64,000 nucleotides of DNA. Source: Candidatus Omnitrophota bacterium. Its GTDB lineage: Bacteria; Omnitrophota; Gorgyraeia; Zapsychrales; Fredricksoniimonadaceae. The notes under the pieces were generated by a model. It saw nothing but the letters and a program-made list of their open reading frames with translations, did no database searches and was not told where the DNA came from. Below, in pieces: positions 18,753 to 28,185 of the stretch. The translations under genes were made by a program, and so were the position numbers. Within the stretch, counting starts at the first letter, position 1. Each line of letters begins with the position of its first letter. The stretch is taken from contig JADFZK010000007.1 of assembly GCA_015232565.1 (NCBI GenBank), forward strand, positions 664 through 64,663, in the 5' to 3' direction.

Positions 18753-19988
18753 TTAAGCTTTCTCAAAAGCATTTAAGGCCGCCGGGAATGGCCCCAGGGC
18801 GCGCCGTAACACGCCTTGCACAAACGCGATCGCCAGGCCATAATTCGTAACCGGCACTCCGCGTTCCCGGGCCTGATGAATACGCAACATCATTTCACCG
18901 CGGGTCAACATGCACGAACCGCAATGCACGATCAATTGGTATTTCTCCAGGTCTTTCGGATAATCCCGCCCGGCATAATGCTCCACCACCAGGTCACACC
19001 CCGCATACTGCCTTAACCAGCGGGGTATCTTAACCCGGCCGATATCATCCTCCAGCGCATGATGCGTACAACTTTCCGCTATCAAAACCCGGTCACCAGC
19101 ATGTAACCGCCCTATATGCGCCGCACCCCGCGCCAGCTCAATCAGATCCCCCTTGAACCGGGCAAAAAGGATCGAGAACGTGGTGAGCTTAACTCCGGCG
19201 GGAGTATCCGCCGCCACCTTCATAACCACCTGTGAGTCGCACACCACCAGCGCCGGCGGTTCTTTTAAGTTCGCCAGGAACGCCGCATATTCGCGTTCCT
19301 TAACCACCAGCGCGGCTCCGTCATAGTCGAGTACATCCCGGATCGCCTGGACCTGCGGCAGGATCAATCGGCCTTTTGGCGCCTGCAAATCGATCGGCAC
19401 CACCATCACCGCCAGCCCTCCCGCGGGCACCAGGTCACCCAGCAAAGCCGCCGGGCCCAGCAGATCTTCCGGGCAAACGCGGGCCAAAAGCTGTTTAAGC
19501 GCATTTAACTGCCCGTCGCGCCCCGCGCCCACAACACTGGAAACCGCCAGCACATTAACGGTAACCGCCTTCAAAGTAGCCATAAAGCTGTCGGAAGGCG
19601 CGGCCAGATCGGCCTTGTTTACAATAATCACGAAAGGCTTGTTCTTACTCTTTACGCTCTCAACCAGGCTCTCTTCCGCCGCTCCCCACCGGTTAGGCTC
19701 AACCAGAAGCAAAACCACGTCGGAACGGTCCAGCGCTCTCATGGAACGCTCCATCCTGAGCTCACCCAAAGCTGACACATCTTCCAAACCGGCCGTATCC
19801 AGAAAAACCACCGGGCCCAGCGGCAGAAGTTCCATAGCTTTCTCCACCACATCGGTAGTAGTGCCCGGTACCGGAGAAGTTATCGCCACATCCTGGCCGG
19901 AGATCATATTCAGGAAACTGGATTTACCCACATTGACCCGGCCGAACAAACCAAAATGCATTCTTAGTGATTTGGGCGTTTTATCCAT
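18753..19988 (-). CDS. hydF: [FeFe]-hydrogenase H-cluster maturation GTPase HydF
   Basis: Motifs GRVNVGKSS, GTTTD, DTAG, NKAD, APKGRLILPQ, ESCTHH and HCGSC. Confidence 0.95.
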   Translation of the reverse strand: MDKTPKSLRMHFGLFGRVNVGKSSFLNMISGQDVAITSPVPGTTTDVVEKAMELLPLGPVVFLDTAGLEDVSALGELRMERSMRALDRSDVVLLLVEPNRWGAAEESLVESVKSKNKPFVIIVNKADLAAPSDSFMATLKAVTVNVLAVSSVVGAGRDGQLNALKQLLARVCPEDLLGPAALLGDLVPAGGLAVMVVPIDLQAPKGRLILPQVQAIRDVLDYDGAALVVKEREYAAFLANLKEPPALVVCDSQVVMKVAADTPAGVKLTTFSILFARFKGDLIELARGAAHIGRLHAGDRVLIAESCTHHALEDDIGRVKIPRWLRQYAGCDLVVEHYAGRDYPKDLEKYQLIVHCGSCMLTRGEMMLRIHQARERGVPVTNYGLAIAFVQGVLRRALGPFPAALNAFEKA

Positions 19989-20613
19989 CGTTATTGATCC
20001 TCTTCCGGTCGGCCACCGTTCGGTTACGAAAGATAAACCACATAATGGAAAAATATAGAATGAAGATCGCGCTCCAGCTTAACAGCGCACGGATCATATA
20101 AAAGAAATAACCACCGCCGGGATTTATCCCGTCACAAGGATAGAACACGCAATTATGGTTCGACTGCGGAGCTGTAAAGAAAAACGATAACAATAACAAC
20201 CCCCAGCCGAACCCCAGCGACGGCCAGAAAGCGCGGGCATCAAATCCCAGGCGCCACACCCCAAAGAACGACGCCGGGATCAACAACAAATGCAATAAGA
20301 GCGACGTCCAATACACAAAAGGCCCCGCATTAAGCAGTAGCGCAGTACGGCCCCAGCCGGCGCCAAAACACTGCAGGATAAAATCGACTATCCAGAAGAA
20401 CTGCGCTGGTACCGCCATCAGAAAAACCATGGAAATAATTATCGAATTGCGGCGAAACAGCCCGATCGACAACAACAATGAAGCCGCAGAACAAAACCAC
20501 AGGATCTCGAAAGGATCGCCCATATTAGCCGCCAGGTCCAGAATACAACCCAGGCCCACCGCCCAGCCCAGGACAAAGAACGCATCCACCCGCGATTTAA
20601 GATCATTTACCAT
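19981..20613 (-). CDS. Multi-pass membrane protein of unknown function (possibly TMEM164/YwaF-like)
   Basis: About 6 hydrophobic segments with ILWFCS, LLLH and SNHNCVF motifs. Start ATG 20613 after GGAG. Overlaps both aspA and hydF. Confidence 0.65.
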   Translation of the reverse strand: MVNDLKSRVDAFFVLGWAVGLGCILDLAANMGDPFEILWFCSAASLLLSIGLFRRNSIIISMVFLMAVPAQFFWIVDFILQCFGAGWGRTALLLNAGPFVYWTSLLLHLLLIPASFFGVWRLGFDARAFWPSLGFGWGLLLLSFFFTAPQSNHNCVFYPCDGINPGGGYFFYMIRALLSWSAIFILYFSIMWFIFRNRTVADRKRINNDG

Positions 20614-21988
20614 AACCACTCCGGGATCCCAGCGACATTAAATTTTGCGGCGCGAAAGCTTGCGCGATCAGCTCCGAACCCAAATTCTCCTCCAGAAAAG
20701 CCCGCAGATCACTGCGGCCAGCGGCGTTAAAATCCTTAACCAGAGCTCCCGCACGATCATAACCAATAAAAGGCACCAGGGCGGTAATGCACATCCGGCT
20801 CTGCTCAAACGAAAGTCGGCAACGCGCTTCGTCCGCCTGGACCCCCTCGATATGCGCCGCCAGCATCCGGTCGGCGGCAGCTAACAGGTCCAGCGACTCC
20901 AGCAAAGCCTGTGCCAGTAACGGCAGGAATTCGTTGATCTGTAAAGCACTGCGGGAAGCCGCTTCGGCAACCAGCGCATCATTGGCCATCACCTTCAATG
21001 CCGCCTGGATAACCGCTTCCGGAATGACCGGATTAACCTTGCCCGGCATAATGGATGAACCCGCCTGACAGGCCGGAAGATGGATCTCTCCCAACAAATT
21101 AAGCAAACGCAGATCGTTGCTTAATTTTATTAAATTAACCGCATGGGCCTTAAGAATACCCGACACCTCCACAAAAACATCCGCGTTCGCTGTTTCTCCC
21201 AGCACATTTTCACCGCGCGCCAGACCGAACCCGGACACCTCACGCAAACGTTCGATGACCAGGAAAATATAATCCTGCGGCGCACCCAGGCCGGTGCCGA
21301 TAGCAGTACCGCCCAGATTAACCACCCGCAAACGTTCTTCACACTTAAACACCCGCCAGCGGTCGCGCGCCAAAGCTTCGGCCCAGGCGGAGAACTCCGC
21401 TCCCAGGGTCATGGGCACCGCCTCCTGCAATTCCGTGCGCCCGATCTTGACAATATTAGCGAACTCTTGCTCTTTACGCTGAAGGGCTCCCTGCAAAAGT
21501 GCGGCCGTGCCCGCCAAAGAACACACGCCGGTTATGGCCGCACATTTCAATGCCGTTGGATAAACATCATTGGTAGACTGATGCCGGTTAACGTGATCCA
21601 GCGGATGAACCAAAGCATACTCACCCTTCTGGCCGCCCAACAATTCGTTCGCCCTATTAGCCAGGACCTCATTAAGGTTCATATTTGTAGAAGTCCCGGC
21701 GCCGCCCTGCAGGGCATCAAGCGGAAACTGATCATTAAACCGGCCAGACATGACCTCATCACAAGCGGCCACTATTGCCTCGGCTTTATCTTTGGCCAGG
21801 TACCCCAACTCACAGTTGGTTAACGCCGCGGCTTTTTTTACCATAGCCAGAGCATACACCAAAACCAAAGGCGTTTTGGGGCCGCCCAGGACAAAATTCT
21901 CCAGTGCCCGCCGGGTATGAATGCCCCAGTAAACCTCGGCCGGAACTAACCGCTCACCCAGGCTGTCTTTCTCAGTACGATATTCCAT
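20603..21988 (-). CDS. aspA: Aspartate ammonia-lyase (fumarase/aspartase superfamily), hydrogenase-maturation-associated type
   Basis: Motifs RTEKDSLG, QGGAGTSTNMN, HQSTNDVYPT, KIGRTELQEA and GSSIMPGKVNP. Confidence 0.88.
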   Translation of the reverse strand: MEYRTEKDSLGERLVPAEVYWGIHTRRALENFVLGGPKTPLVLVYALAMVKKAAALTNCELGYLAKDKAEAIVAACDEVMSGRFNDQFPLDALQGGAGTSTNMNLNEVLANRANELLGGQKGEYALVHPLDHVNRHQSTNDVYPTALKCAAITGVCSLAGTAALLQGALQRKEQEFANIVKIGRTELQEAVPMTLGAEFSAWAEALARDRWRVFKCEERLRVVNLGGTAIGTGLGAPQDYIFLVIERLREVSGFGLARGENVLGETANADVFVEVSGILKAHAVNLIKLSNDLRLLNLLGEIHLPACQAGSSIMPGKVNPVIPEAVIQAALKVMANDALVAEAASRSALQINEFLPLLAQALLESLDLLAAADRMLAAHIEGVQADEARCRLSFEQSRMCITALVPFIGYDRAGALVKDFNAAGRSDLRAFLEENLGSELIAQAFAPQNLMSLGSRSGYGK

Positions 21989-22237
21989 TTAAACCTTTCC
22001 CAAAGCCGCTTTAACCGTAACCCCGGGTATAGAGCCCAACTTGCCGGTCAGGCCGCCGATATCGTCCATTGTCATTTCCACCGTCAACGTAATCACATTG
22101 CATTGCCGCTGTTTATACGGCAACCCCACCCGCGCCAAAATATGGTCACCGTAATCAGAAAGTATCTTGTTGACCAACGGCGCCGATCTTTTGCGATCTT
22201 CAACGATTATGCCTACAAAACCCAAGCGTTTTTCCAT
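21989..22237 (-). CDS. TM1266-family iron-only hydrogenase system putative regulator
   Basis: 82 aa, MEKRLGFVGIIVED...ILARVGLPY...LTGKLGSIPGVTVK. Typical position at the head of maturase operons. Confidence 0.88.
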   Translation of the reverse strand: MEKRLGFVGIIVEDRKRSAPLVNKILSDYGDHILARVGLPYKQRQCNVITLTVEMTMDDIGGLTGKLGSIPGVTVKAALGKV

Positions 22238-22335
22238 AAAAAATCCCCGTTTTGCCAAAGGACAAAACGGGGATAAACTATTTCCCTGTTGTATCCTTGG
22301 TTTCAGAGCCACAGCTCCTCTCCTCAGAATTATTA
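22238..22335 (-). promoter_or_regulatory. Structured RNA leader (candidate riboswitch/attenuator) with a terminator that also sequesters the SD
   Basis: 14-bp hairpin (22243-22274) followed by U5 and then AUG. Alternative helix 22283-22298 / 22258-22273. 5' hairpin at 22293-22331. Confidence 0.6.
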
Positions 22336-22359
22336 TCAAACGATCTTCACGACCATTTC

Positions 22360-24120
22360 TTACTTTACGTACAAAGGCCGCGACTTGTAATGCGTATGCA
22401 AAAGCTCATGCGCTTTATGCGATAAAGGCTTCTCCAGGAACTCCTTATAAAGCTGTTGCACATGAAAATTATCATGCGAACACCGCACCCGGGCCGAAGC
22501 ATCCTCATCGTAAAGGCCTTTGGCGCGCTGTTTACGTATCTCGTCGGTCACCATATAAGGCTGGCCGCCGCCACCCACACACCCGCCCGGACAAGCCATA
22601 ACCTCAATAAAATGATACGGCACCGGTTGTCCGTGCAAAATGGCTTCCTGGACCTTATCCATAACGAACTTCACATTGGCCAAACCATGCGCCACCGCTA
22701 TCTTGACCGGAGTCCCTTTAACGTCGATCGTGGTCTCTTTAACACCCTGCAAACCACGGACGGCGGTAAAATTAACATTAACCAGGTTCTCACCGGTAAC
22801 ATTATAATAAGCCGTACGCAAAGCCGCTTCCATAACCCCGCCCGTGGCGCCGAATATGGTGCCCGCTCCGGCATAGTCACCGAGGATCAGATCGGCATCT
22901 TCATCAGGCAGATTCTTGAAATCCACGCCAGCCTGCTTGATCATCCGGATCAGCTCACGCGTAGTAAGCGACACATCCACATCCTGATAACCCGAGGCCG
23001 ACATATCTTCGGTACGGGATATCTCGTACTTCTTGGCGGTACAAGGCATAATAGAGATCACCTTGATCTTGGCCGGATCAATATTCTTCTTCTGGGCATA
23101 ATAGGTTTTGGTTAAAGCCCCCACCATTTCATGCGGGCTTTTAGCCGACGAGAACAAGCCGATCATATCGCCATAATATTTTTCCAGGTAATCCACCCAG
23201 GCCGGGCAACAGCTGGTAATTAACGGCAAGGGCCCCTTGTTATGCGCGAAGCGTTCCACAAACTCACCCGCCTCTTCCAAAATGGTAAGGTCAGCGCCGA
23301 AGTTGGTATCGAAAACCGCCTCAAAACCCAGACGGCGCAACAAGGCGTAAAGCTTCTTGGTTAAATTGGTGCCGACAGGATAATCAAAACCTTCCCCCAC
23401 CGCCACCCGGACCGCCGGGGCGATCTGCACCACGCAGATCTTGTCCGGATCCTGTAAAAGGTCCCACACCTTCTGGGTTTCATCATGCTCAAATATCGCT
23501 CCGGTCGGACAATGCGCAGAGCATTGACCACAACGCACACACGGTGAATCCGCCAGTTTTATATCACCCGCCGGAGAGATCCGCGTCTTAAAACCTCTCT
23601 CAATGAATGACAAGGCCCACACGTCCTGGCCTTTCTGGCAAACATCCACGCAACGGCCGCATTTGATACATTTCTTCGGTTCCAATATTATGGTGCCGGT
23701 AGATTTGTCCACCGGTATTTCCGGCAAAATATGGTCGAAGCGGTCATTCCGTATTCCGAAATCAGCCGCGATCTTCTGCAATTCACAATCATTATTACGC
23801 CCGCAGATCAGGCAGTCTTTGGGATGATTGGACAGGATAAGTTCCAGTACCGTCCGGCGGGTCTGCACGATCTCGGGGTCATGGGTGATGATCTCCATGT
23901 TATTCTCCAGAGGCGTACAACAGGCCCGCAACATCTTGCGACTGCTCTTGATCTTCACTATACATATTCCGCAACCGGCCGATGCCGCCAGATCCGCGTG
24001 CTTGCAAAGGGTAGGTATATTAACCTGCACCTTACGCGCAGCATCCAGAATGGAAGCGCCCTGCTCCACCTCGACCGGGATCCCGTTAATGACCGCTTTT
24101 ATCATGGTAACCGTTGACAT
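22360..24120 (-). CDS. hydA: NADH-dependent [FeFe]-hydrogenase catalytic subunit (group A, M3-type)
   Basis: N-terminal 2Fe-2S, His-ligated and 2x4Fe-4S motifs. H-cluster motifs TSCCPAW, MPCTAKKYE and EVMACPGGCVGGGGQP. Confidence 0.96.
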   Translation of the reverse strand: MSTVTMIKAVINGIPVEVEQGASILDAARKVQVNIPTLCKHADLAASAGCGICIVKIKSSRKMLRACCTPLENNMEIITHDPEIVQTRRTVLELILSNHPKDCLICGRNNDCELQKIAADFGIRNDRFDHILPEIPVDKSTGTIILEPKKCIKCGRCVDVCQKGQDVWALSFIERGFKTRISPAGDIKLADSPCVRCGQCSAHCPTGAIFEHDETQKVWDLLQDPDKICVVQIAPAVRVAVGEGFDYPVGTNLTKKLYALLRRLGFEAVFDTNFGADLTILEEAGEFVERFAHNKGPLPLITSCCPAWVDYLEKYYGDMIGLFSSAKSPHEMVGALTKTYYAQKKNIDPAKIKVISIMPCTAKKYEISRTEDMSASGYQDVDVSLTTRELIRMIKQAGVDFKNLPDEDADLILGDYAGAGTIFGATGGVMEAALRTAYYNVTGENLVNVNFTAVRGLQGVKETTIDVKGTPVKIAVAHGLANVKFVMDKVQEAILHGQPVPYHFIEVMACPGGCVGGGGQPYMVTDEIRKQRAKGLYDEDASARVRCSHDNFHVQQLYKEFLEKPLSHKAHELLHTHYKSRPLYVK

Positions 24121-24165
24121 GCTATCTTCTCCTGTATGCTGACCAACGCGCTGATATTTTTTTTC

Positions 24166-25899
24166 TTACTGACGCACTACCGCCCCGAATTTACAAACAT
24201 CGAAACACTGGCCGCAACTAACACACTTCTCGGTGTTAATGCTGTATTTATCCGCCCGACTGCCGGTAATGGCAATAGCCGGACAAACCCGTCCGCACAT
24301 GCCGCAACCGGTACATTTGTCCTTAATGATCGAATAAGAGACCAGTTTTACACATTTACCCGAAGCGCATTTTTTGTCGACCACATGAGCCTTGTATTCA
24401 GCTTCAAAATATTTCAAGGTCGACAATACCGGATTCGGCGCGGTCTGGCCCAGCCCGCAGAGAGAAGCTTTCTGCATGGCCATGGCAATTTCATTCAACT
24501 TCTTCAGGTCATCGTCCACACCCTTGCCGTCCGAGATCCGTTTCAGGATAGCCAGCATTTGCGTGCCGCCTATACGGCAAGGCGCGCATTTGCCGCAAGA
24601 CTCATCCACGCAAAAACCCAGATAGAACTTGGAAATATCGACCATGCAGTCATTTTCGTCCAGAACGATCATCCCGCCCGACCCCATGATGGAACCCAGC
24701 TTCTGCAGGCTTTCGTAGCCGATCGGCGTATCAAAGAACTGCTCCGGGATCACTCCGCCGGACGGACCACCTGTCTGAATAGCTTTTATAGCGCGATTGT
24801 TAAGCACCCCGCCGCCAATATCAAACACCACTTCGCGCAAGGTAATGCCCATCGGCACCTCGACCAGGCCGGAATTACGCACCTTGCCGGTCAGGGCAAA
24901 AACCTTGGTGCCGGTAGAACCTTCAATGCCTATTTTGCCAAAAGCTTCACCACCATGGAAAAGAATATACGGCACCGTGGCCAGGGTTTCCACATTATTG
25001 ATCGCGGTCGGCTTCTCCCAGAGGCCTCTGACCGAAGGGAACGGCGGGCGGGGACGCGGATAACCGCGCAAACCTTCCACCGAGGAGATCAAGGCCGTTT
25101 CTTCCCCGCAAACAAAAGCTCCCGCACCCAGGCGGATCTCGATATCAAAATTAAAATTACTACCCAGGATATTCTGGCCCAGCAAACCCCGGGCATAGCA
25201 CTCGTTGATTGCTTTCTGGATACGTTCAATAGCCAGCGGATATTCAGCCCTTATATAGAACACGCCTTGCGAAGCGCCGATCGCCAAACCGCCGATCATC
25301 AACCCCTCAATGACGGAATTCGGATCACCTTCCAGGACCGAGCGGTCCATGTAAGCCCCCGGATCGCCTTCATCACCGTTGCATATTATGTATTTAACCT
25401 CGCCCGGAACCGCCCGGGTGATATTCCACTTCATCCAGGTGGGAAACCCGGCGCCGCCGCGGCCGCGCAAGCCGGACTTCTTCATTTCCTCAATAACCCG
25501 CTCGGGCCCCATCTCCAGCGCTTTAACCAACCCCTGATAACCATCATTAGCTACGTAATCGTTAAAGTTCTCCGGGTCAATACGGCCGCAATTACGCAAT
25601 ACCAGCCGTAATTGTTTGTTCTTCTTTTCAAAAGCCAATGAAGCTATTTTTTCACCGTGCTGAATGGTCTTTTCGATTATCTCGGGAACATGCTTTACCT
25701 CCAGCCCGACATAAACAAAGCCTTCGGGCAGGACTTTCGCCACGATGCCCTTCTGGTAAATACCGATATCCGCCACCGTAACCACCTGAGCCGCATCGGC
25801 CAAACCCCAGTCGCGCAGTTGAGTGGTCAAAGCAACATGGAAATCACGCAATTCCTTACGCAGATTCCCGTTCGTATCCTGGATCAAGATCTGTTTCAT
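24166..25899 (-). CDS. hydB: NuoF-like diaphorase subunit of bifurcating [FeFe]-hydrogenase (HydB/HndC)
   Basis: Motifs GLRGRGGAGFP, CNGDEGDPGA, GAFVCGEETAL, ESCGKCAPCR and SLCGLG, plus two C-terminal 4Fe-4S motifs. Confidence 0.93.
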   Translation of the reverse strand: MKQILIQDTNGNLRKELRDFHVALTTQLRDWGLADAAQVVTVADIGIYQKGIVAKVLPEGFVYVGLEVKHVPEIIEKTIQHGEKIASLAFEKKNKQLRLVLRNCGRIDPENFNDYVANDGYQGLVKALEMGPERVIEEMKKSGLRGRGGAGFPTWMKWNITRAVPGEVKYIICNGDEGDPGAYMDRSVLEGDPNSVIEGLMIGGLAIGASQGVFYIRAEYPLAIERIQKAINECYARGLLGQNILGSNFNFDIEIRLGAGAFVCGEETALISSVEGLRGYPRPRPPFPSVRGLWEKPTAINNVETLATVPYILFHGGEAFGKIGIEGSTGTKVFALTGKVRNSGLVEVPMGITLREVVFDIGGGVLNNRAIKAIQTGGPSGGVIPEQFFDTPIGYESLQKLGSIMGSGGMIVLDENDCMVDISKFYLGFCVDESCGKCAPCRIGGTQMLAILKRISDGKGVDDDLKKLNEIAMAMQKASLCGLGQTAPNPVLSTLKYFEAEYKAHVVDKKCASGKCVKLVSYSIIKDKCTGCGMCGRVCPAIAITGSRADKYSINTEKCVSCGQCFDVCKFGAVVRQ

Positions 25900-25935
25900 A
25901 TGGTCTTTTCCCTGTTGGTGTGCCGCAAATAGGAT

Positions 25936-26277
25936 CTAAAACTCAAAAATATGATTATCAACCAGTTTCTTCTGGCAAACATGCTCATCGATTATCTTGA
26001 GCGCCACATCCCTGGTGACCTTGCCATAATAAACGTGCGGAGCGCCATCAACATCAACCTCCACCAGCGGCTCGGCCGAACAAAGCCCGAGACAACCGCA
26101 TTTCATTACCGCCACATCAATACCGCGCGCCTTGGCCTCGTCGCATAATGCGCTGTAGACCACATCCGCGCCGGCGGCCACGCCGCAAGTGCTATAGCCC
26201 ACGCGGATCGAGTTCTGCCTGGGCGCCCGGGCCGCTTCTTCTTTTATCCTGTCAAGATCCTCTTTCGTGATCCCCAT
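25936..26277 (-). CDS. Thioredoxin-like [2Fe-2S] ferredoxin subunit (HydD/HndB-like)
   Basis: Motif VGYSTCGVAAGA...KCGCLGLCSAEPLVEV. Lies between hydC and hydB. Confidence 0.88.
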   Translation of the reverse strand: MGITKEDLDRIKEEAARAPRQNSIRVGYSTCGVAAGADVVYSALCDEAKARGIDVAVMKCGCLGLCSAEPLVEVDVDGAPHVYYGKVTRDVALKIIDEHVCQKKLVDNHIFEF

Positions 26278-26312
26278 AAAGACTCCTTAAATTTTTCTTC
26301 CCGCCGCCCGGA

Positions 26313-26795
26313 TTACGCTTCCACCTTTTGGCTGGAATGTTCCGCTATTATTTTAGCCACGTCCCCCCGCTTTACCGCGCTGTACACCTTATGTTTCACC
26401 GTGATCACCGGTGCCAGGCCGCAACATCCCAAACAACGGACGATCTGCAGGTGAAAAAGCCCGTCCTTGGTGGTTTGGCCTTCCTCAACGTGCAAAAGAT
26501 GGCGGATCTCGTCAATCAAAGCAGGAGCGCCTTTCAAATAACAAGCGGTTCCTAAACAAACTGAAATATTAAATTTTCCCGGAGGCGTAAGTTTGAAGTA
26601 GTTATAAAAAGTCAGTACTTCGTAGATCCTGGCCAGCGGCACGTCCAGCTGACGGGACACTTCCAGCGCGGCTTCCCGCGGCACATAACCATAACGGTCC
26701 TGGACATCATGCAAAACCATGATCAGATTGCCTCTTTTATCTTTCCAGCGCTCAACTACCTTAAAAACATCTTCTACCAATGTCTCGACGACCAT
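26313..26795 (-). CDS. hydC: NuoE-like [2Fe-2S] subunit (HydC/HndA)
   Basis: Motifs LIMVLHDVQDRYGY, TFYNYF, VCLGTAC and RCLGCCGLAPV. Start ATG 26795 after GGGAG. Confidence 0.92.
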   Translation of the reverse strand: MVVETLVEDVFKVVERWKDKRGNLIMVLHDVQDRYGYVPREAALEVSRQLDVPLARIYEVLTFYNYFKLTPPGKFNISVCLGTACYLKGAPALIDEIRHLLHVEEGQTTKDGLFHLQIVRCLGCCGLAPVITVKHKVYSAVKRGDVAKIIAEHSSQKVEA

Positions 26796-27009
26796 AACTT
26801 CTCCCAAGTTGTGACTTGACCCTGAAATATAAACCACCCGCCGGCCTGTTATAACTACCGCCTGGCAACGAAGCCGGGCAAAAAAATCTCGCTCTAAAAG
26901 GTGAAGATTGATTATAGGAAATGCGCTATACCTTTGCAAGTTAATAATTACGGTAATTTTCTATTGTAACAATAACACCGGCTTAACGCTCTTATGCTAA
27001 TATAGCGAC

Positions 27010-28185
27010 ATGTTCAAAAGGAATATCGCCCTCATCGTAGCGGTACTTTTCATCGCCGGAATCGGCTCGAGCCTGGTTCGCCACCGGGGAATTTCGCCTG
27101 GCGGCACCGTGGTTAAAGCCGCCGGGTATGGTGGAGTGATCTCTCTTGAAATGAACCGTGGACCGGATGGGAGCATCACGGAACTCATCCTGCTCGATCA
27201 TAATGAAACACCCTCCTGCATTAACGACCCAGCAAATTTTCTAAAGCAATTCAGTGGCAAGAAAGCACAGGATGCGCTGGCGCTCGGTAAGGACATTGAC
27301 GGTATAACCGGAGCCACCGTCACCAGCCGGGCAATCACCGATGCCGTGCGTGCCACCCTTAAAAGCGAAAAGCTCACTACCGGCAAAATCAACCCCTGGA
27401 ACATCATTTTGCCTCTGGCTCTTCTGGCCCTGGCGCTGTTCGCGCTTTTCCTGCGCAGTCCACTCTTGCGCTGGGCCGCCATGACGGCCGCTGGTCTCTA
27501 TCTCGGATTTATTTCCAAAGCCATGTTCAGCTTGGCCCAAGCGGCTAACGCCAGCTTATTACACTTCCCGCTTTTCGCGGTTAACTCCTTGTGGTGGATG
27601 ACCCTGGCACTCAGCATTATTCCGGCCTTCATAATCGGACGGCTATACTGCTCCAGCCTGTGCCCTTTCGCGCTCATCCAGGAACTGTTGGCCCGGATAC
27701 CAAAGAAGCAAACTCGTTCTCCCCAAAACTTGCCGGTTGAACTTCAGAAAACCAGCTCAGTCCTCCCATACGCGCATGTCAAATACCTGATCCTGATCAT
27801 TGTGCTGGCCTTATGCTTTATTCTCGGGGATACTTCGGCGGCAAATATCGAAGTCTTCATTACTTTCTTTACCGGACGCGGCCTTCCGCTGGCCTGGGTA
27901 ACCCTCACCCTGGCCCTGACGGCCAGTGTATTCTACGGACACTTTTGGTGCCGCTACCTGTGCCCGGCGGGCGCACTCCTGGGAACCTGCGCCAGCCTGG
28001 CGCCGCTCAAGATCCGAGCCGCGCACGGCTGTAACTCGTGCGGAGCCTGCCTGAACATTTGTCCGGTTGAAGCCATTACCGCTCAAGGTACCAGCGTAGA
28101 GATCAATAATGCCGAATGCCTGCTGTGCGGTAAATGCCTGCGGGCCTGCTCCAAAAACATTCTGGCGCTCAGAAAACGATCATGA
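27010..28185 (+). CDS. Membrane protein with extracytoplasmic FMN-binding domain and 4Fe-4S domains (NosR/NirI/RdhC-like)
   Basis: Flavinylation motif DIDGITGATVTS; two CxxxCP motifs (YCSSLCP, WCRYLCP); C-terminal CxxCxxCxxxCP and CxxCxxCxxxC. Confidence 0.88.
   Translation: MFKRNIALIVAVLFIAGIGSSLVRHRGISPGGTVVKAAGYGGVISLEMNRGPDGSITELILLDHNETPSCINDPANFLKQFSGKKAQDALALGKDIDGITGATVTSRAITDAVRATLKSEKLTTGKINPWNIILPLALLALALFALFLRSPLLRWAAMTAAGLYLGFISKAMFSLAQAANASLLHFPLFAVNSLWWMTLALSIIPAFIIGRLYCSSLCPFALIQELLARIPKKQTRSPQNLPVELQKTSSVLPYAHVKYLILIIVLALCFILGDTSAANIEVFITFFTGRGLPLAWVTLTLALTASVFYGHFWCRYLCPAGALLGTCASLAPLKIRAAHGCNSCGACLNICPVEAITAQGTSVEINNAECLLCGKCLRACSKNILALRKRS

Noticed and set aside
22238-22335. 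Calling the leader a canonical SAM-I riboswitch
   Set aside because: Only a P2-like arm is similar. The AUC-AGA/GCAACC core, P3 and P4 are not evident, so it is kept as an unassigned candidate.
24136-25611. 491-aa plus-strand ORF
   Set aside because: Antisense shadow of the well-supported hydB, with no recognisable motifs. The same applies to the many other antisense ORFs over nrdD, hydA, pckA and prfC.
26796-27009. Rex or other redox-regulator site upstream of hydC
   Set aside because: No match to TTGTGAA-N4-TTCACAA or any other clear palindrome by eye.
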